DNA from: a virus | Taxonomy: Duplodnaviria; Caudoviricetes | DNA: 38,367 nt | Virus record (IMG/VR): IMGVR_UViG_3300030376_005298 | Location: 1 to 38,367 of that record | Direction: 5' to 3' (one strand) | Shown here: positions 26,190 to 35,697 of the stretch, one piece after another | Layout of the letters: every line of letters begins with the position of its first letter | Position numbering within the stretch: position 1 is the first letter of the stretch | The notes under the pieces: generated by a model | Seen by the model: the letters and a program-made list of their open reading frames with translations, nothing else | What the model was told of the DNA's origin: nothing | Databases searched by the model: none | Made by a program: the position numbers and the translations under genes

Positions 26190-29100
26190 ATGGAAAGATA
26201 TAATGTAGAAGGGCAACTATACGACGTTGCTCCACATAGATTAAATGATTTTTTAAACAAGTTTCCCAACGCTGCAAAAGTTGAAAGCTTGGAAAAGACA
26301 AGCGACGTTGCGACGCAGGATGCCCCTGTAGCGTCGAAAAAAAATATGGCATCCAGCTCGGTAAATTATTTTTCGGAATCATTATCAACAAGATTAGCGA
26401 TAGTAGAACAGCTAGGTAAAGCTGACACAGGTCAAGTATCACCACTAAAGCAAAACATGCTGCCTATGGGCCCTGAGATAGGCCACTATACTGAGATGCA
26501 GATGTTTGCAAAAAGTGGTAATCCAGCAAATAAATTTGAAAGAGGCGTAACAGAAGTAAAAGAAGTTGAAACTGTTCAAACTGATTCTGGTGAGTTAGAA
26601 TTTGAAGTAGGAGAAGATAGAGCTAGAAGCATAGAAGAAATAAATCAAGTTCTTGAAGACAATAAAAAACAACTAGAAGAAGCTCAAGCTTTAGAAGAAG
26701 ATAAAAAAAGACAAGAAGAAATAAGAGTAATTAACTCAAAGATAGCTGCAGCTACAAATAATCCTCAGTATAAAGAACTATCTACTAAGCTGCAAAACTT
26801 ACCTGTAATGAGTACTGAGGCTGTTGAAATACAAGAGCAGCTAAATAAAATGGTTGAGGTTGAATATGAAAAGCTTTACGATACTACTTCTAAAACAAAG
26901 AGCGATTACGACTATGTTAACAATTTAGCTGATGACATACAAAAAAAATCTCCTAAAACTACTAATGAAGTTGATGTTTATTTAAACGTTGACGGTGAGG
27001 TTATTGGAAACAATATTGATAATGAGGTCGTTCCAGACGACGCTGTCAAAGTACAAAAAGGTATTAGATCAACACCTAACTACGACAATATTAGTTTTGC
27101 CGATAAAGAAATATTAACAAAGAAAAAAGAATACGAAAGAGTATTAGAAATATATACTACTACAGAAGGTTTAGACGGTAGCTTTTTAAACATTAGCGTC
27201 GGAGACTTAGGGCCTTTAAACGGTTTCAACTACCTGCCTTTAAACGATTTATTTGATGGCTTTGACTTAATGAAGAACATACCTGAAAAAGAAAGGTTTG
27301 AAGTTGCTGAAGAAATTAAAAGAGAAATAATTGGTATTGTATCTAACCTAGAAGAAGGTAACGGCATTGAGATGGCAATGCGTTTAGACAAGGCTGGCTC
27401 TTTAAAAAGCATATCTTTACAAGAAAGAAAAAGAATAATTCAACAAGCGCAAAATAATGTTTTAAATAGAAGAACTTTAAAAGCAAACAAAGGTTTTGAA
27501 GAAGTAATTGAAAAACAAAAAATATTTGAAGCTAACTACAATATATTTAAAAATGATAGTGAAGAAAAAATTAAAGAATATTCTTTAAAGTTTCAAGACA
27601 TAAATAATAAGTTTGAAATTCTTGGTCCTGTAGATGAAAACTCTCCTATTGAATCTATAGAAGCTTATAATAATTTAATAAATCAATACCAAGCCTTAAA
27701 CACAGAGTACTCTCAAACGCTAGATAGTTTTACGCAAAGAGAAAACTTTTTAAGATCGCGCAGCAATAATGTGAATGGTTTAGTAGAGTCAATTACAGAA
27801 GACTACGTGAACTCTTTAATAGAGTTAGATTACAATGCTATAACACAAGAGTTTAACAATAAACCGTTTGAAGAAACTACACAAGCGTTTAAAGAGTACA
27901 AAGAAAGATTTTATAATAGAGCTCAAAACGCTGATAACGCTTTTGCAGGTTGGATGTATAGAAATGTTGACACAGCTTTATTGTTTGGTGAAAAAGCTAT
28001 AAATCAACTTTCTTATATTAATCCTTTTGTATTTGGAACTTGGCTTGGTGGAACTCTCACAGACGTTTTTGATCTTGATGACATGGCCGCAGGCCCTGGT
28101 AAAAAGGTAACTAACACAGATGTTATAATGAGACAGCTGTTTCCTAGAGAAGGATTTGTTAATTTTTACACATCAGAAGAAGTAGAAACTATTAAAAGAG
28201 AAGATTTTGATCGAGCTATAAAAACTGATTTTAAATCATTTCTTAACGAAGATTATTTAGGTAGAAAAGCATTTAATACAATAGCTACTTTAATACCGTA
28301 CGTATACGGTGTAGCAAAAATAAAAACAATAAAATCTATAAAAGACGTACCTAATCTTTACAAAAACGGTTATAAAAAGTTTTTTAACAAATCAAAAGGA
28401 GTTAGAAAAGTTAGAAGTAACGTTCAAGTAGCCAGAGATTATAACATGCTTGTTAATACTCAACGCATGTTAACTTTTGACATGTATCACATGGGCCTTG
28501 ACAATGGGCTTAGTAAAGAAAAAGCTTTAGTGTTTGGATCTGTTTCTTCTACTATAACAGGCCTTACGCAAATGATAATGCCTGATCAATATTTTTTTAG
28601 TGGAGCAAAAGCTAACGCTGTATTAAAAACTTTTTCAGGTTCTCTAGCAAGGGCAAAAAATAAAGAGGCAGCAAATGCAGCTGTAGGGACTTTTGTTAAA
28701 AATATATTTAAAGAAATTGGTGAAGAAGAGTTAGATTACTTTGCTCAAGAAACATTAAAACACGCTTCATTTTTACACCACGATCCTCAGTACTTAAACG
28801 CCGCGGCGCACATGGAGCTAATGTTTGCTACAATAGGTTTGAGCGGTAGCATAGGTTCTGTTGGTGCTACAAGACAGTATAAGGCTGAAAAGAAGCGTCT
28901 AGATAAAATGATGTTATCTGAAAGATATGAGATTGATGCTATGCTTCAAGATCGCATAGAAACAGCTAGAAGAAAAGCTGATATTATTAAAAAGCTTCAA
29001 GGCATGAGCCAAGCTGAAAAAAATCGTAGATTAGAAAGCTTGCAAGAAGATATTGATCAGGCTCAAACCGCTAGAACATACAACACCACTTTAAGAACAG

Positions 29101-32100
29101 CTCAAAGAATAGCACCTAAGTACGTAAACTACGAACAGCTTGAGCTAATAAGACAGAGAGTACAACTAGAAAACGAATTAAAAGGTACTAAGACTGAGTT
29201 TGAGAAAAAAGAAATTAGAGAAAAAATAAAAGGCTTAGAAACTGAATTTGAAAATGCTAAAGTTCAAAAGGTAGCTGATCAAAACTTAGATGAAACTATA
29301 AAGTCTGTAGAAGAAATAACTCAAGGCGTTAACTTTTTGGTTGCTGACGATGTTACTCAAGCAGAAAATATAATAAGACAGCTTAACGAAGCCGCCAAAG
29401 AAACTAACAAAGAGCTAGGTTATGATAAAATGCAAGTGCTTGATGAATCTCAAATTAAAGAAGCTGCAGAACAAGAAGGCTTTAACTTTGATGGTGTTAA
29501 AATAATAAACAAAGAAGTAGCTAGATCAACTAACGCTACTAACGTTGCTGCTCATGAGCTTTTGCATGATATAGTAAGACAAACAGTTGAAGCAAATCCA
29601 GAAGTAGCGCAGCGTATTGCTCAAGCTTACGGAGAGCTATTGATGAGTATAAATCCTGAGCAAGTATTAAATAGTACTTTTAAAAGAAAATTAGATTTAT
29701 ATCAAACAACACAAAACGATGTTCGTAGGATAATAGCTCAAAACCCTGGGGCTACTGACGTAGAGATACAAGCTTTAATTGATCAACAAGTAGGGCGAGA
29801 CGTGCACCAGCAAGCTATAGAGGTTTTAACCTTAGCATCTGACGCTTTTGCTACTGGTGATTTAGACTTTGATCAAATGAATAAAAGAGGCGCGTCTGAT
29901 ATATTAAGAAGAGTGCAGCAAAACTTAGAGGGTACGTTTTTAAATAGATGGTCTATAGAAGTAGAGTTTAACGATGCTAATGACGTGTTTAACTTTATAA
30001 AAGACTATAACGTTAGTATTAAAAAAGGTAAACTAACAAAAGCTCAAAAGAAATTATTTGATCAAAAAATAGAAGGCAAACTAACAGAGGGCGGTGTTGA
30101 AGTTGACAGTAGAGCTATACAAGAGTCTAGAAGTGAAAGAGCTTATCAAACGGTAGAGAGTAGAAAAGAAGCTTTATTAAATCCTAAAACTACAGACAGA
30201 ACAGCTATACAAATAGCTTTTGATTTACAAAACGATATAGAGAGACGTATGCAGTTCTTAGAAGGTATTGATATATCTGAAGTTGCTCTTGAGTTTATGA
30301 CAGACACTGAAAGTGAAAGAGGTTTACCTGCTTTACTTAGAAAATATAACCCTCAAAGAAACGAAAGCATAATGGGTTATTTAAATGCTTTTGTTCCAGG
30401 CACTGGTAGAAGCCTGTTAGATGTTAGACTTCAAGAGTTTTACGAAAAAGATCCTAGGTATGCTAACATAATACAATCGACAACTGAGGAATCTACAGGT
30501 AGAAAAGTAGAACAACAACAACAAGAGGAAAAAGATAAAGAGGAAAAAGAGAGGCTAACAAAGTTAAAAGTATTAACTGAATCTTTAAACGTAGTAGAAC
30601 AAGTTCAGCAAGAGGTAAAAGATGCTAATATTGATGAAGCTGCTTTAACTAGATTTGGAGATGTTCCTAACGCAGCCGCAAACACTGTAGGTGAACTGTT
30701 TGGCATATCACCTAAAAAAATAAAAAGTAAAGCTAATTTAACTGGGCCTGAGGTTAGGGCTGCCCAACAGTTTATACTAAAAAATGCTCAGTTAATATTA
30801 GATGCTTTACCACAAGGCTTTGACTCTGATAAAAAATCTACAGGAGTACCAAGAACTATACTTAACGCTTTGTATAATAAGCGATCTTCAAGAGCTAAAA
30901 CAAAAGCTGGAGAATTTAATCAAATAAAAAGAAATAATATAAAAGTTTCAGAACTATTAGAGTTAGTAGATATAGTAGATGGCACTCCTACGCGTAATAG
31001 GAATACATCTGCGAGAATTATTGCGCTAGCAGATCTTCTAGGTAAGGTCATGACAAATCAACAGCTTAGAATTAATAATCCCGCTTTAGCAAGAATATCT
31101 GATGGTATGTCGCCTGTTATGTTTTCAAAATCTTTAAACCAAGATAGAAGTGGTGTTATAATGAGATGGCCTGGCATATCTCAAGAGTACGGCTATGATC
31201 AAATGGATCTTACAGATATAGATGGTGACAGGCAGGCTATGATAGACTGGATTAAAGAAGTTGGTAGTAAAGACATGCCGTTGAGCTTTTGGAAAACAGT
31301 ATTAGTAGGCTCTGGTGGTAAAGGAACTAGAGTTGATATTGACGGCGTAAGAGTAAGAAGATATGATTTACTTGATGGTAGTACAATACTAGAAACAGAC
31401 CCCAACTTTGAGGCTAGTAGAATAAACCACGTGCCAGCTAGCCCAAAACATTTGTTTGCAAATGTAGATCAGATGTTGGAGGCGTTTAAGGATATAGAGT
31501 TTGTTGAAGAAACAGACTTATCAAAAGCTTTAGCTGGAAGAAAGCGTTATAGCAAACAGTCTAATGAGTGGGCTCAAAAACAATTTAATAATCCAAAAGT
31601 AATAAAGTTTCTTAATGACTCACAAGCTGCGTTTATAAACACTTGGCTTACTATTCAAGAGGGTGTTAAAAACAAAGAGGCAAGAAAATATTGGGCCGCA
31701 ATACTTGAAACAACGGCTGTTGGTCAAAACAACTTTATAAGAACAAACTCTACTTATGGATTTCATAATACTTTAGGATTAGAAAACAGAGAAGAACACG
31801 CCGCGCCCGCTACAGAGCACGCTCAAGTTCTTTGGACGCTAGCTCTTGATGGTGTTTTAACAGAAGGCTTGTTGCAGACTATGAACGAAAATTTTGTTCA
31901 AGGGGCTTTGCCAAAGATATTTGACGACTTGTTAGGAGATTACAAAGACGCTATACCGTCAGAATATCATCACGACGTGTTGTTTGGTCGTATACCATAT
32001 TGGATTAGGTATATAAACCCTGTTGTTAACAAACAAAAATACGAGCTAGACGGTAAGTTTTACTATGGTATAAATCCTAACGTAATAACTTTACCTGGAA

Positions 32101-35100
32101 ATGTCACTTTAGCACAAGAGTTTAGTGTTGGTGTTGATGAGTCATTACACATGAATCAAGATGTAATCTCAATGCAGCAAGACTTATTGTTTGATATATT
32201 CTTAGGTAACATAACGCAGCAAGAAGCTAGAAGTAAAATAAACAAGTATGTAAACAACAACTCTGTAAAAGTTAAAACTGAGCTTGACACTAGACTAGAA
32301 AACTCTGAAGTAGCGTATAGGTATAGTAGATCTGAAAGACAAGCAAGAGGCGCTTCAGTTTTTGACTTTGACGAAACGCTTATTATAGACGGCGAAAACT
32401 TTATTATAGCTACAAATCCTGAGACTAATGAAAAAATTAGAATAAGCTCAGCTTCTTGGCCAATAAGAGGGCCTCAGCTTGCTGCTCAAGGTTATGAGTT
32501 TGATTTTACAGATTTTGTAAACGTCAGAGGCGGAGTTGATGGTCCACTTCTTCAGAAGATGAAAAATCAAATAAATAAATACGGCGTTGATAATGTCTTT
32601 GTATTAACTGCAAGACCAGCTGAATCTGCTACAGCAATACACGAGTGGCTTAAAACTAAAGGCATTAGCATACCGTTTAAAAACATAACAGGTTTAGGCA
32701 ACAGCACAGGTGATGCTAAAGCCGCTTGGATGTTAGATAAGTATGAAGAAGGGTATAACGATATGTATTTCGTTGACGATGCTTTACCTAATGTTGAAGC
32801 CGTGCAGCACGTGTTTGATCAACTAGATATTAAAGGTAAATCTGTACAGGCAAGAATAGATTTTAGTAAATCTTTAAACAGTGAGTTCAACAATATGCTT
32901 GAAAGAACTAAAGGTGTTGAAGCTGTTAAAACGTTTTCAAGAGTTGAAGCTATGAAGCGTGGTAAAAACATAGGTGGTTTCAAAATATTTATACCACCTT
33001 CTGCAGAAGATTTTACAGGTTTATTACGATATTTTGTAGGTAAAGGCAAGCAGGGCGACGCTGACATAAAGTTTTTTGAAGAAGCTTTAGTTAAACCTTT
33101 TGCTAGAGCAGATCGTGAAATGGCTCAAATGAAGCAAGGTATTAGAGATCAATATAAAGCTTTAGGTAAAAAGTTTCCAAGCGTAAAGAAAAAGTTAGGT
33201 AAACTTACAGATGAAAAAGGGTTTACTTTTGACAACGCTATTAGAGTTTATTTATTTAATAAAGCTGGATATGAGATACCAGGATTATCTAAGACAGCTG
33301 AAAAAGCTTTAGTAAGACTAGTAAAAGGCGATGCTGATCTTAGAGCTTATGCTGACGCTATAGGTGCTATTACAAAACAAAAAGAAGGCTACATTGCTCC
33401 CGATGAATATTGGAACGTTGGTAATATAGCTCAAGACTTACAAAACGTAGTAAATAAAGTTAGTAGAAAACAGTTTCTCGAAGAGTGGAAAAGTAATGTA
33501 GACGAAATATTTACACCTGAAAATTTAAATAAAATAGAAGCTGTATACGGTAGTGATTTTAGATCTGCCTTGCAAGACATACTTTATCGTATGGAAAGCG
33601 GACAAAACCGTAGGCGTGGAGCTACTAAGTTTGAGAACCAATGGAACAACTGGATTAATAACTCTGTTGGTGCTATAATGTTTTTTAACGCTAGATCCGC
33701 GGTGCTACAAACAATATCAACAGTTAACTTTATAAACTTTGATGATAACAATATATTTGCTGCTGGTAAAGCTTTTGCTAATCAAAAACAATATTGGAAA
33801 GACTTTAGCTTTTTATTTAACTCAGACTTTTTAAGAAACAGACGTGCTGGATTAGCGACCAACGTAAACGAAGCAGAGCTTGCTAGTGCCGTAGCTGGGG
33901 CTAAAAATAAAGCTAAAGCTGCATTACAGTATTTGTTAAAAATAGGTTTTACACCAACGCAAATAGCAGATAGCTTTGCTATTGCTTCTGGCGGCTCAAC
34001 TTACTATCGAAATAGAATTAATACATACGTTAAAGCTGGCGATACACAAGCTGAAGCAGAGCGAAAAGCTATGTTAGACTTTCAAGAGATAGCAGAAGAA
34101 ACACAACAGTCTGCAAGGCCTGATCGTATATCGCAGCAGCAAGCCTCAAACTTAGGTCGTATAATACTTGCGTTTGCTAATACACCAATGCAGTACAACA
34201 GGCTTATTAAAAAAGCAGCTGGTGATTTAATAAACAAAAGAGGTGACTGGCGAGCTAACGTATCTCGTATACTTTACTATGGCGCCGTGCAAAACTTTAT
34301 ATTTGCATCGTTACAAAACGCGTTGTTTGCTTTAGCGTTTGATGACGAAGGTGATGACGAAAAACAAAAAATAAAAGAAGAAAGAATAGTAAACAGTATG
34401 TTAGACTCTATACTTAGAGGTTCAGGTATAGCTGGAGCTACTCTTGCTACTATTAAAAACGTGATACTAGAGTTTGTAGAGCAAGAAGAAAAAGGTTTTA
34501 GAGCTGACTATGGTCAAGTTGTAGTAGAGGGCTTACAGGTTTCTCCACCTTTAGGATCAAAAGCTAGAAAACTATACTCAGCATTACTAAACTACAAGTA
34601 CAATAAAAAAGCTATGAGCCGTATGAGTATGCTAGACTACAATAATCCTTCTTGGCTAGCTCTAGGTAACGTTGTTGAAGCCACTACTAATATACCTATG
34701 GCTAGAGCTATACGTAAAATAGACAATTTGCGTGAGGCTATGAATCAAGAAAATACTAATTTACAAAGACTGTTTTTAGCTTTAGGTTGGAGTAGCTGGG
34801 ATTTAAATGTAGGTGAGCGTGTTGTTAGAAATCCAGGTAAAGAAAACGAGTATGTTGTATTTTTAGATAAGCGAAGACAAGCTGTTGAAGACGTTAAGAC
34901 TGAAATAAAAGAAGAGAAGAAGCAAGAGACAATTCGTAAAAAAGAAGAAAAGAAAATACAAAAAGAAAAAGAGCAAGAAGCTCAAGTAGAAGCTAATAAA
35001 GAAAAACAAAAAGAAGAAGGTGAGAACGCTACTTGTGCTGCTATAAGTTCTAAAGGTAAAAGATGTAAAAGAAAGCCTGCTAAAGGTGGCTTTTGTACTG

Positions 35101-35225
35101 TGCACGAAAAAGTACAAAAGAGTGAATCTGGCGAGATGAAGCAGTGTAAAAAAATTAAATCAGATGGTAAAAGATGTGGCATGACAACCAATAGCAAGTC
35201 AGGACTTTGTTACTATCATGACTAA
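26190..35225 (+). CDS. Giant multidomain (polyvalent-type) probable virion/ejection protein
   Basis: 3011 aa. HELLH at 29553; HAD motifs FDFDET (32361), VLTAR and FVDD; two C-terminal CCCH-type fingers; third gene of the ejection-like cluster. Confidence 0.75.
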   Translation: MERYNVEGQLYDVAPHRLNDFLNKFPNAAKVESLEKTSDVATQDAPVASKKNMASSSVNYFSESLSTRLAIVEQLGKADTGQVSPLKQNMLPMGPEIGHYTEMQMFAKSGNPANKFERGVTEVKEVETVQTDSGELEFEVGEDRARSIEEINQVLEDNKKQLEEAQALEEDKKRQEEIRVINSKIAAATNNPQYKELSTKLQNLPVMSTEAVEIQEQLNKMVEVEYEKLYDTTSKTKSDYDYVNNLADDIQKKSPKTTNEVDVYLNVDGEVIGNNIDNEVVPDDAVKVQKGIRSTPNYDNISFADKEILTKKKEYERVLEIYTTTEGLDGSFLNISVGDLGPLNGFNYLPLNDLFDGFDLMKNIPEKERFEVAEEIKREIIGIVSNLEEGNGIEMAMRLDKAGSLKSISLQERKRIIQQAQNNVLNRRTLKANKGFEEVIEKQKIFEANYNIFKNDSEEKIKEYSLKFQDINNKFEILGPVDENSPIESIEAYNNLINQYQALNTEYSQTLDSFTQRENFLRSRSNNVNGLVESITEDYVNSLIELDYNAITQEFNNKPFEETTQAFKEYKERFYNRAQNADNAFAGWMYRNVDTALLFGEKAINQLSYINPFVFGTWLGGTLTDVFDLDDMAAGPGKKVTNTDVIMRQLFPREGFVNFYTSEEVETIKREDFDRAIKTDFKSFLNEDYLGRKAFNTIATLIPYVYGVAKIKTIKSIKDVPNLYKNGYKKFFNKSKGVRKVRSNVQVARDYNMLVNTQRMLTFDMYHMGLDNGLSKEKALVFGSVSSTITGLTQMIMPDQYFFSGAKANAVLKTFSGSLARAKNKEAANAAVGTFVKNIFKEIGEEELDYFAQETLKHASFLHHDPQYLNAAAHMELMFATIGLSGSIGSVGATRQYKAEKKRLDKMMLSERYEIDAMLQDRIETARRKADIIKKLQGMSQAEKNRRLESLQEDIDQAQTARTYNTTLRTAQRIAPKYVNYEQLELIRQRVQLENELKGTKTEFEKKEIREKIKGLETEFENAKVQKVADQNLDETIKSVEEITQGVNFLVADDVTQAENIIRQLNEAAKETNKELGYDKMQVLDESQIKEAAEQEGFNFDGVKIINKEVARSTNATNVAAHELLHDIVRQTVEANPEVAQRIAQAYGELLMSINPEQVLNSTFKRKLDLYQTTQNDVRRIIAQNPGATDVEIQALIDQQVGRDVHQQAIEVLTLASDAFATGDLDFDQMNKRGASDILRRVQQNLEGTFLNRWSIEVEFNDANDVFNFIKDYNVSIKKGKLTKAQKKLFDQKIEGKLTEGGVEVDSRAIQESRSERAYQTVESRKEALLNPKTTDRTAIQIAFDLQNDIERRMQFLEGIDISEVALEFMTDTESERGLPALLRKYNPQRNESIMGYLNAFVPGTGRSLLDVRLQEFYEKDPRYANIIQSTTEESTGRKVEQQQQEEKDKEEKERLTKLKVLTESLNVVEQVQQEVKDANIDEAALTRFGDVPNAAANTVGELFGISPKKIKSKANLTGPEVRAAQQFILKNAQLILDALPQGFDSDKKSTGVPRTILNALYNKRSSRAKTKAGEFNQIKRNNIKVSELLELVDIVDGTPTRNRNTSARIIALADLLGKVMTNQQLRINNPALARISDGMSPVMFSKSLNQDRSGVIMRWPGISQEYGYDQMDLTDIDGDRQAMIDWIKEVGSKDMPLSFWKTVLVGSGGKGTRVDIDGVRVRRYDLLDGSTILETDPNFEASRINHVPASPKHLFANVDQMLEAFKDIEFVEETDLSKALAGRKRYSKQSNEWAQKQFNNPKVIKFLNDSQAAFINTWLTIQEGVKNKEARKYWAAILETTAVGQNNFIRTNSTYGFHNTLGLENREEHAAPATEHAQVLWTLALDGVLTEGLLQTMNENFVQGALPKIFDDLLGDYKDAIPSEYHHDVLFGRIPYWIRYINPVVNKQKYELDGKFYYGINPNVITLPGNVTLAQEFSVGVDESLHMNQDVISMQQDLLFDIFLGNITQQEARSKINKYVNNNSVKVKTELDTRLENSEVAYRYSRSERQARGASVFDFDETLIIDGENFIIATNPETNEKIRISSASWPIRGPQLAAQGYEFDFTDFVNVRGGVDGPLLQKMKNQINKYGVDNVFVLTARPAESATAIHEWLKTKGISIPFKNITGLGNSTGDAKAAWMLDKYEEGYNDMYFVDDALPNVEAVQHVFDQLDIKGKSVQARIDFSKSLNSEFNNMLERTKGVEAVKTFSRVEAMKRGKNIGGFKIFIPPSAEDFTGLLRYFVGKGKQGDADIKFFEEALVKPFARADREMAQMKQGIRDQYKALGKKFPSVKKKLGKLTDEKGFTFDNAIRVYLFNKAGYEIPGLSKTAEKALVRLVKGDADLRAYADAIGAITKQKEGYIAPDEYWNVGNIAQDLQNVVNKVSRKQFLEEWKSNVDEIFTPENLNKIEAVYGSDFRSALQDILYRMESGQNRRRGATKFENQWNNWINNSVGAIMFFNARSAVLQTISTVNFINFDDNNIFAAGKAFANQKQYWKDFSFLFNSDFLRNRRAGLATNVNEAELASAVAGAKNKAKAALQYLLKIGFTPTQIADSFAIASGGSTYYRNRINTYVKAGDTQAEAERKAMLDFQEIAEETQQSARPDRISQQQASNLGRIILAFANTPMQYNRLIKKAAGDLINKRGDWRANVSRILYYGAVQNFIFASLQNALFALAFDDEGDDEKQKIKEERIVNSMLDSILRGSGIAGATLATIKNVILEFVEQEEKGFRADYGQVVVEGLQVSPPLGSKARKLYSALLNYKYNKKAMSRMSMLDYNNPSWLALGNVVEATTNIPMARAIRKIDNLREAMNQENTNLQRLFLALGWSSWDLNVGERVVRNPGKENEYVVFLDKRRQAVEDVKTEIKEEKKQETIRKKEEKKIQKEKEQEAQVEANKEKQKEEGENATCAAISSKGKRCKRKPAKGGFCTVHEKVQKSESGEMKQCKKIKSDGKRCGMTTNSKSGLCYYHD
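26291..26354 (+). promoter_or_regulatory. Candidate -1 ribosomal frameshift signal (slippery site plus H-type pseudoknot)
   Basis: G_GAA_AAG (26291-26297), 5-nt spacer, stem 1 26303-26311/26328-26336, stem 2 GGATGCC 26318-26324 with GGCATCC 26348-26354, A-rich loop 26337-26347. Confidence 0.6.
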
Positions 35226-35227
35226 CT

Positions 35228-35238
35228 GTGTAATAATA
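35228..35238 (+). promoter_or_regulatory. Candidate phage promoter motif GTGTAATARTA (copy 2)
   Basis: GTGTAATAATA immediately upstream of the lysis cassette. Confidence 0.35.
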
Positions 35239-35243
35239 GAAAA

Positions 35244-35483
35244 ATGGCAACTGTAGATAAAGAAATAGCACTAATGCAGCAACGTATGGACCAAATGGAT
35301 AAAAAGCTTGATAAAATGGACGAGAAGCTAGACACGCTTACTAAGCAACTGCTAGATCCAGACACTGGTGTTGCGGCAAGAGTTAATCAAAATACTTCAG
35401 CTCGAAAAACTTTAGCTAGAGCTATGTGGATAATATACGGTATAGTTGCAGCTGCCATTGCTAAAATATTTTTTGGATCTTAA
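35244..35483 (+). CDS. Small membrane protein (coiled coil plus C-terminal TM helix), lysis-cassette candidate
   Basis: 79 aa; AMWIIYGIVAAAIAKIFF hydrophobic helix. Confidence 0.6.
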   Translation: MATVDKEIALMQQRMDQMDKKLDKMDEKLDTLTKQLLDPDTGVAARVNQNTSARKTLARAMWIIYGIVAAAIAKIFFGS

Positions 35484-35484
35484 C

Positions 35485-35697
35485 ATGGAAGAAATTTTAA
35501 AATTAATAGAAGGTTACGGACTGCCATTAGTATTGCTTCTAGGAGCTCTATATGCGCTATACAGGTTTTTAGTATTTAGTTTATATGAGGTTAAAAATCA
35601 GTTTTCTCGTCATCACGAAAAAGCTGCAGACAATATAAACGAGATGATGAAGAAGATTGATATAATACTAGAGTTTATTAAAAGAAATGATAAGTAA
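35485..35697 (+). CDS. Small membrane protein (N-terminal TM helix), holin-like
   Basis: Start set to ATG 35485; YGLPLVLLLGALYALYRFLVF followed by a helical tail. Confidence 0.55.
   Translation: MEEILKLIEGYGLPLVLLLGALYALYRFLVFSLYEVKNQFSRHHEKAADNINEMMKKIDIILEFIKRNDK

Noticed and set aside
31215-31229. DIDGD in the giant protein, resembling the DxDGD catalytic motif of multisubunit and crAss-like virion RNA polymerases
   Set aside because: The context (YDQMDLTDIDGDRQAMIDW) looks like a helix start just after a linker, with no recognisable double-psi barrel motifs. The other candidate, DFDET, is explained as HAD motif I. A fold search would settle it.
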